A stretch of 64,000 bases of DNA from Setoptus koraiensis. Taxonomy: Eukaryota; Animalia; Arthropoda. The position numbers were made by a program, and so were the translations under genes. The stretch covers positions 10,540,001-10,604,000 of the forward strand of contig CM106585.1 in assembly GCA_048013815.1 (NCBI GenBank), written 5' to 3'. Below the pieces are notes generated by a model. It was not told the DNA's origin, did not search any database, and worked only from the letters and a program-made list of their open reading frames with translations. Of the stretch, positions 55,853-64,000 are shown in pieces; positions within the stretch are counted from its first letter, which is position 1, and each line of letters starts with the position of its first letter.

Positions 55853-56974
55853 TTATGCCTTGTAGTTGATGTTTTGTTGTTGTGTCACTGGCACTTGCTG
55901 ACGGATAGTCTGACGGCTGCTGCTGTAACTGTTGCTGGAGCTTGATGGGGCCTGATTGTATCCTCCGTATACCGAGCCTGGTCGTTGGACGGAAGTCGAC
56001 GAGACCTCTGTCTTTTGGTAGCTGTTTGAGCCGGAAGCCTGGGCGGGTCCTGGCTCAGGCTGCGAGCTCCCTGTGGACGAAAATGTCACGAGAAACAGAT
56101 TAATACAAATAGGTTAAATACACGACTTACGTTATGTATATAGCACATATGGCACAAGATTAATTACCCATGTAGGCGTTGGAGCCCCAGTACTGGCTAG
56201 ATTTGCCACAATCAACGGAATACCAGTAGTCACAGTGAAGGATACGTTGATTGAAGACGGTTCCTACTCCGCACAAGAACGAGTCTTTGCGACCATTGTA
56301 GCAAACGTGGTAAGCTTGACATCCGGTCTCTTCGTCGGCGTACATGCCATAGTCGTATGGTAGACCATCGCACGAGAAGCTAGTCTTTGGCACCTGGGTG
56401 TAGCCTGGGAAATCTACTCCTGGCTTTCCGTTGACAGAACCTGAGATTGGCGTTGGGTTATCCGAGATTAGGTTATCTATTTATGCTTGCGATAATGTGT
56501 TTATGTCTACTATTTATTGAGCGAAATGCGCCAAAATGCAGCAGTAGTAGTATTGGTAAAAGTGGTAGCAGCAGTAAGGTACTTACCGTAAGAGGCAGGC
56601 TCGGCGTCGGCCTCAGATATTTGTTCGTTGTAAGAGGACGATGATTGCGACTGTTGGCTCACCACGGGCGCCACTGGGGCCCTGATAGTGTTTATTGATT
56701 GCTGTTTCACGTAGGAGGTTCTTCTATTGTTCACCGGTGCCGATAGGGCCGTTGATTGTTGTTGTTGGACAAAACGCGTCGATTGACTCTCATAACCACC
56801 ATAAACTGAGTCGGGATTTTGCTGCTGAGACAATTGGCTCTCGTAAGAGTTCTGTTGAAAGCCTCCCTTTACGCCCGATCTTTGCGCGTTGGTCCACTCC
56901 ACAAAGATTGGTGCCACCAGAGCAACTATGGCGTAACTTATGATTAATTTTTTTGCACTTCTTAGCGAACTCAT
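55853..56974 (-). CDS. Secreted single peritrophin-A (chitin-binding type 2) domain cuticle protein; exons 56974-56587, 56476-56168, 56070-55853
   Basis: Signal peptide and Q/S-rich flanks. The domain reads GKPGVDFPGYTQVPKTSFSC...GMYADEETGCQAYHVC...SFLCGVGTVFNQRILHCDYWYSVDC (6 Cys). Both introns are phase 1, GT-AG. Confidence 0.9.
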
Positions 56975-57747
56975 TTTGTTGCCGTTGTATATTGACTGTT
57001 GTATATTATGATTTGATATTGTTGTTGTCTGTTTGCAAGACAAGAGTCAAGTGACGAATGGCAAGCAATTGAAACTGGCTCTTATGGTCGTGTATCGAGA
57101 CGGATAGCTACAGGCAAAGACAATTGTCGACAACAACAGCAGCAACAACAACTTAGTGACCGCTACGGTACGTGCCATCGATCCGTCATCACAACATGCA
57201 AAGTCGGCGCCATTACCCAACCCAAGCTGTTTATTGTTGTTTCCTCGTCGTCGTCGTCGTTGTTGTTGTTGTTGTTGTCTATTTAGCAGTAGTTGTCGTT
57301 GCCGTGGTTGTTGTTGTAGGCAGTGGCTAAGTGGTTGTCGAGCTGGAGTGCAAAACTCAGTGGTAGCGAGTTGTATCAAGTTGCGAGGCGGTGGTTACAT
57401 TACAGCCGTGATCACCTGTAATCTGGACACACCTTCGTGGCGCGCTTTGAGCTTCAACCACTGGCAACTCTTTCTTTCTCTCGCTTGATTTGGATATCTC
57501 TTGATTTGAATAAATGATGAATCATCATTGATGATATAGCAACTAACAAGCCAAGTGTACAGGTTGGCCCTTTCACTCAATTAAACTTCGGCGAGCCAAA
57601 GAGAGAGCGAGCGAGCGCGCTACAAGTGCGGCGTCGCTCGTAACAATTAAATCATTTGCACTTTAAAGTTTAAAGAATCAAGAAAATCTCAATCTTACGA
57701 AATTTGAGCTGCAATCTGTGTGAGATGCACCCACAGATCGGGCACTT

Positions 57748-57750
<3 letters not shown>

Positions 57751-57813
<63 letters not shown>
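57751..57813. repeat. (TC)n microsatellite, about 31 units
   Basis: Perfect dinucleotide run. Confidence 0.98.
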
Positions 57814-57814
<1 letters not shown>

Positions 57815-60800
57815 GAGCAGCAGCAACAACAACAAGGACAGATAAAGAGTTGGCAACAATGAAAACAAGTGAAAGTTGAACAATTGCAAGCGCTGTCGTT
57901 GCGTAATCGTCACTCTCGCTCTGTTCCAAGTTCGAACTCGGAATCAGAAAACCAACAGCAATATCACATCTAAACAGTATAACAGCACCTAGACAGATTT
58001 AGATTGTTGCAATTGAGTGTTGTCGCCACCATAGCATGTCGTCGAGGGGAACCGAACATTTCGGAACATTCGACAGGTGAACATCGATAGCCTTGTCTGG
58101 ACTGCCGATTGTGAGTGAGCCCAGCGAATTGTCTGCCGAAATGATAATTCAATTATTACTGTTTTATTGGCGCCACTATGTAGATATGCACGCGACACCA
58201 TATCTACTCAAAACCATTTCATGTAAGCGATTCAGCTGTAAGTTGCCTAGACATTGTTAGCCAGCTATTCAGTCGCCAATCAAGTGGCTGTCACAATTGG
58301 CACAAGCCCAACAGCAACAGAGAATTTATCCTCTCTAAACGACGGTTGAGGCAACAAGTCGAGACAATAGCCCACAGATAATATGGTGATAGACTGAGAT
58401 TTTTTCTAACTCAATTATCAACTGCGACCTTTCATGAGAGAGCCTCCATAAACCTTGAAGTGCGCCTATACCTCTTTTGTTTATGCGCCCTAATGCTATT
58501 ACCTTTTGGGCGCCCTAATGATTGCCAATGGCTCATTAACTCTCTGTCTCTCTTTTGCTAATTCTCGAGTTGCCTTCGGCAAGTTTATCATCTCGTTGTC
58601 GTGGCAACTCGCCATCCAATGTCTGCCACCGCGATTGGCAATTGTTATTACTATACCAAGTTACTTTGCATATGCCAGTTAGTGAAACGATCATCACGTG
58701 ACGCAGTTGAAGGTCGCCAAGTCAGACAGGTGCAATACTCACATTATGAGAGTATTTTTGGTTGTTGTGAGTGTTAATTTCAACAAATTTCAGCAGCAGC
58801 GGCCGGCTGCTGCTGCTGTTGCCAATCAACGAGCACAATCATTAAACAGGCTTGTTAATTGGATTTTTGATCAATCGATCTGTTAAGTCACGATTGATGT
58901 GTTAATTCAAATCAAATATACAAAAAGAAAGAAAAAAGAAACCGAAATATCGGTAATATATCATTACGTGTCGGGATGTTGTTATCATCAATGTCAGTCA
59001 TGGCGAGCGCCTGAGATAGAGATAAAGGGATAGGGAGAAGGAGAAGGAGAGGAATTGTTAGCCATTTGTCGACAATTGGCTTGGTTGCTGGCACAATTGT
59101 GTCAGCCACAACAGTAACCATCTTAAATAATATCTGTCTGGCTGTCAGTCTGGCGCTTGATTGGCAACATGGCATCATTGCGAAATTGAGCAACCATTCG
59201 AAGCTGGCTGGCTGGCTGGTTAGACGGCGAACGCGCTCGGAGGCTTATTTCGCCATCGTCTCGATGGCGTGTGGCCACCACCGCCTGACACGATAAAGCC
59301 ATCAGTCATGTTGCGCGTCGTTGTTCTCATATTCAAATTGGCATTTAATTTTATTTTATTCAATGTCCGACGTGTGCAATAAAACATAACTTGCCAGATA
59401 ACTTGTTGTGCGAGCCAGTTTGCGGGCCGCCAGTGCGTGCGAGATGGCCCAACGATCGCATATTTCGGGGATTACAATCTGGCAGATAAATTGATATTTG
59501 GCCGGCGAATGAAACGAACGAATGAATAATAATAATAATAATTCTAATTATTATATATCATATCAGTGTGGCGTGCAAACATGCATACATGATCTCGGCT
59601 CGAGTTGCAAGTTATCACCTGTCACACACACACACTCACACAACCTGTAGGCATTATAGCCCGATTGGCTCTCCGATGGAAAGGCTCCTTCGAAGCTTCT
59701 GAGAAGCACCGACCAGCCTTAGAAATGATAACAACAACAATCAGACATTCCCACTCCCACTTGAGCTAATCGATTGCGTAATCGCGATGACGCTAATCAG
59801 ATTATATTACTGTGTGTGTCCCATTTGACATATCCGGCTTCCCATTGTGAGCGAGTGTGTGTGTGTGTGTGTGTGTGTGTCTGCGTGTAGCACGTTAATG
59901 AGTCTCGCCAGGGAGATGGGTATCTCTCGTTTATCTGGCCATCCATCTTATACCGCTAATGCCCAATGCAAATTGTTTAGATGTGGTGTTAAGCTCGCAT
60001 GACACACGAAAGCCAACAACTCTTGGCTAGTCTGGTAAATGGCGACAAAATTTAAACTACAACAACAACGGCAACAACATCGGCCACAGCGCCAACAACG
60101 GTAACAACGGTAACAGCAACGGCAACAAATTATCTGGCAAGTTAAATAACATCGGCCCTGCTATTACAAACAATACTCTGGCTGCATTGGCTAGGTAAAG
60201 ATAATGACGATAAACCTGTTGCTTGGCAGCAACAACAACAACAATAACAACAAACGGATATCATCACGGCTAATATCAATCTTGTTTTCGCGCATTCACA
60301 TTGTCGAGCTCACAACACTCGTTGTTGTGTTTGCTGTTGCTGTCGTCGTCGCCGTCGTCGTCGTCGTCGTCATCGTGTTGTGTTAAACTTTTGAGAAAGT
60401 CCGGCCGCCGTGAGCGAGGTGAATTGTTTTTCGTTACTGCCGCGACGGTGGTTGTTTGTGCTGTTGCTGTTGTTGGTCATTCGTTCAAATAAGACCCTTA
60501 ATTAATGAAGTTCTAAATTCAATTTGACTAAGGCTCAACAGCAACAACAACAATTTACATTTGGCCAGGGTCACAGGTATTGCGGCCGCAAGTAACGCAG
60601 CAGCAGCAACAAACTGTATTAATCGTTTTTTCGTTTATCTCCTTCGTCTCTCTTTGTTCTTGTTCTGCGTCCATCCATCTATCTATATATATATATACGT
60701 ATATATATTTATATACCCGAGCATATACACACACAATCGGGCATGGGATGATACAATGCAAACTGAACCGATTGCATTACTGCCACCACCGCCATTGCTC

Positions 60801-61657
60801 ACTAATTGTCTAGCGTCTCCAATCTCATTAAACTATTACGTAATATTCGTCGTTGCTGTTGTTGTTTTCGTTGTTGTCGTCGTTGGTACTTTCACAATTG
60901 CAGTCGGTAAGCGAAATGAGTTGCTTTTAAAGACGAATCTCTCGGTCTTTAACAGCTTTAAAACGGTTGAACTCTTTCTATCCACTTTCATTTAAAACTT
61001 TCATTTAGAACAGTGTCGCTCTGCCTAGATACTCCTCTGTCTAGACACACGGCGTAACTGTTTAACTGTCTGCCAGAGGCAGAGAGGGAGAGAGTGCCGG
61101 TCATCAGATTGTGTTTGTTCATCAGCATGCAATTGTTGCATAATAATAACTTTATCTGTATGACCATTTGCCGCACTTGTTACGCACACTCTGAACACTT
61201 TGATCCTTCGCTCACTGAATTTGTCACACTGTTTTATTTCCGTTCAATGACATGCGATCTCTAATTTGTCGCCGTTGTTATTGTTTGCCGTCCAGCACAT
61301 CCAACAGATGATCCGTCATGCTCGACAGTTGAAGTTAGTTAGATCAATTACGTCATGCGTGTGTATAGAAGGAAACGTGGGCCACGATACACAATTGATA
61401 ACACAATTAGAACACTTTTACTGCCCACTCGTATTGCCTGAGCGCCATTAACATGAACATCGTACATGTATTATATTTTAGTCAAACAGTGGCTAGTTTA
61501 ATATACGCAAATCTGCCAAATATAACTTATAACGATCAACTCAATTCTGTACACGATTTTCAATACGCAATTGTGTAATGTCAAAAAAGTATAATACGCT
61601 GTTGCTTGTCGTCGTTGTCGTCGTCATGATGATATCGTTACGATCAGATCGTTATGG

Positions 61658-64000
61658 TCAAAATGACGACTCGATGTGTCCGCGGCCATCTCGCTTGCCG
61701 CCCGCAGACCTGTTATTTGTGGCTGCTGGGGGCATGCTCCTAACGGCCGCTTGCTGAAACAATTCCTCGGTGTCGTCCGCGTCGTTGTCTGACATTTTGT
61801 TCTTGTTAGAGGCCAGCGAGGCTTGCTTGGCGCTCTTTTTGGCCTCGTCGCCGTACAGATCCTTCAATCGTGGACTCAGGAAAATCATTATAAAGTCAAA
61901 AATAGATCCTATGGCTATCAATACAATGGACACCGTGTGATATGTGGTCCTCAATTTGTTTGTGTCATACAGCCAACAATTGCCCCGTTTGTCGCACGTT
62001 TTGCTCCAAACAACGCAACTGTCGTCGAATATTTTGCCATATATCAACGGATAGGGAATGGACACAAACAACGAATGCCAGAAGCTGGTCATGGCCACCG
62101 CCAGAGCCTTTTGTTCCTGAGTGACAGAGCGCAAAAAGGTGACTATGTTGCCTGCGGGTCGTTCATCGTGTTGTTTTGTGCGTGTCATTTGCATAATCGC
62201 ACAATTATAACGACAACAGTGTGTTAATTATAATGACAGAAGCGATAGATAATTAGTTGATTGAGTGGCTGCAAGTGTGAAAGCTGAGATTTCAAATGGT
62301 CATAACGAAGTCATTGTTGTCGTTGTTATTGCACCACCGCGAGTCGCTTACCTGGCCGGCCCGAGCCTGAGATCATGCCTCCGAGGGCTATTATTGTGGC
62401 ATACGTAATTAGGTTGTTTGTGTCGGGCGGACACTTGTCTGTGGTGCGGATATTTGGCGTTCGCTCGCCCAGGGCGCTGAACAGGCAAGAGCATTCGCCG
62501 AATGCCGTTATGTTTGTGATTGGGTTCACAAACGATTGCTTGCATCCCGCGTGACAGGGCGAAAAGAAGGCCGTTCCCTGGGTTGAGTCGCAAACGGGCT
62601 GATAGTTTTTCACGCCGCAATTACACTCGCGGTTGCAGTCGTTGGTCAGCTCGAGCCTGGGATAATCAATGGAAAGTTGCGGTGATCACCATAGATCATT
62701 CGCAGTATTTGAGATTTCGGAATAGTTGCAATGGATTAGTTTATATTGAATTGGAACGGGAATTTGTGTTGAAATTTGAGTTTGTGAATGCTAAGCCGCT
62801 AGACGGCGAACAGCGATTTATCACTCACATTCCGTTGTACACGTTGCTCGTGGTGCCCGGCATGTAGGGCGTGGGCCCCTTAATGGTGGACGCAAACAAG
62901 AGCGTAAACACCGAGGTGGCCTCAACGAGAAATATGCAAGTGGTGAGAACGCGCGGCCCCGGCTTCAGCAAAGTGATCAACAGGCCGCCCAGTTGAACGC
63001 CTATTATCTTGGACAGTATGCCCGTGGTGCCGCTTATGAGGCTCGCCTTCGAGGCCGACTGCCTGAACTGGGCCTCGTAGTATTTGGTCTGAAAGACAAA
63101 GTGTCCTATTATTCCTATGCCCCTGAACAGACTTCCGGCTAGCGCGCACGCCACTATGGGATTGGTGGCTATTTGATACATTTCGCCAGGTAATTCTTTC
63201 AGGCTGAGCTCGGTTTTTTTCTGTGGCTGTTTCTTTTTGCTTTTTTTTTGTAGGTCGGCCTCGCCATCGGCCAATGGGGCGTGCTTGTTACTGCGACCCA
63301 TTAGGGTGTCGTGGGCACTGGAGGCGGGCACTGTGCCCGTTACCGTGTCCAACTGTTTCAAATGGGGCATCTGGTTGTCGTCCAGGGCGTCGTTCGAGTC
63401 CTCGTTGGCCTCATCCAGGCCGCTGGGCTTCTTCTTGAATTCGCGCGGAAACAACGACAACGGAAAGGCCAACATCAGCAGCGCCATGCCCGATATCAGA
63501 AAGCCTATCCACCAGGCCCCAATCCAGCGCGGGTCCTTCTCTGTGATGCCCTCGGGCACCACCAATGGATTTTCGTAATATTTCATACTGATCGAGGTCA
63601 AATAAAAGCCCAGCGGTGCGCCAAATATTCGCATAGAGAATATAAAGCCAAAAAAGGCCGGCATCTTGCTGCGACTGACATTGTCGTCTAAATACGGCGT
63701 GCCATAGGTGAAATAGAGGCTCGTACCGAAGCCCCGAAAGAAGTTGCTGGCGCCAAATATGAGCACGGCCACCATGGTCATGGTTGAGGCCGATTGAAAG
63801 CTCTGACCGCTACAGTTCTCCACTTCCGGCTTCAAGTGGCACAATTCGTCCACTGTGCGACTCTTTGACAGTGTTATGTTTTTTGCCCGCTCTAAATCGT
63901 CCATTTGAGCTGGCCCATAAATAAAATAAGGCAACGCTGTCAGCATAACACTCAATCCTGTCACTATGCAACCAATGGCCATCCATCTGGGCCTATGCGC
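61658..64000 (-). CDS. Organic anion transporting polypeptide (OATP/SLCO), 5'-partial; exons >64000-62829, 62656-62352, 62151-61658
   Basis: GTPYLDDNV, DPRWIGAWWIGF, Kazal-like CNRECNCGVKNYQPVC...FFSPCHAGC, and PYPLIYGKIFDDSCVVWSKTCDKRGNCWLYD. The ORF runs off the window edge. Confidence 0.95.

Noticed and set aside
57747-57929. ORF ending in ERERER...
   Set aside because: Translation artefact of the (TC)n microsatellite.
1-64000. CRISPR arrays, prokaryotic operons, rRNA, autonomous transposons, horizontally acquired genes
   Set aside because: None seen. The repeats are contiguous tandem units without unique spacers, and all recognised genes belong to ordinary metazoan families.

Overview
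Eukaryotic (animal) DNA, not prokaryotic: there are GT-AG introns, a spliceosomal U4 snRNA and metazoan gene families. The very compact, intron-poor layout plus a peritrophin-A cuticle gene suggests a small-genome arthropod, probably a mite (inference). A gene-dense core (about 9.8-57 kb) holds MICAL, MsrB, ORP9, U4, CRIPT, a dynein-heavy-chain derivative, FKBP14, RUFY, ALT, a TPR-J protein, HGSNAT, a BTB-Kelch protein, ACAA2, ATE1, ENTPD4/7, PARP1, NXT1 and a chitin-binding protein. It is flanked by repeat-rich non-coding stretches containing one Ig-CAM exon (left) and a partial OATP/SLCO gene (right). Two observations stand out. (1) An intact ~1,520-aa axonemal dynein heavy chain derivative has lost all six AAA modules in frame but keeps the tail, stalk and microtubule-binding domain. 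(2) The actin-methionine oxidase MICAL and its known antagonist enzyme class MsrB sit head-to-head about 2 kb apart, and this MICAL shows no CH or C-terminal autoinhibitory domain. All family calls come from motif recognition by eye; no database searches were run.
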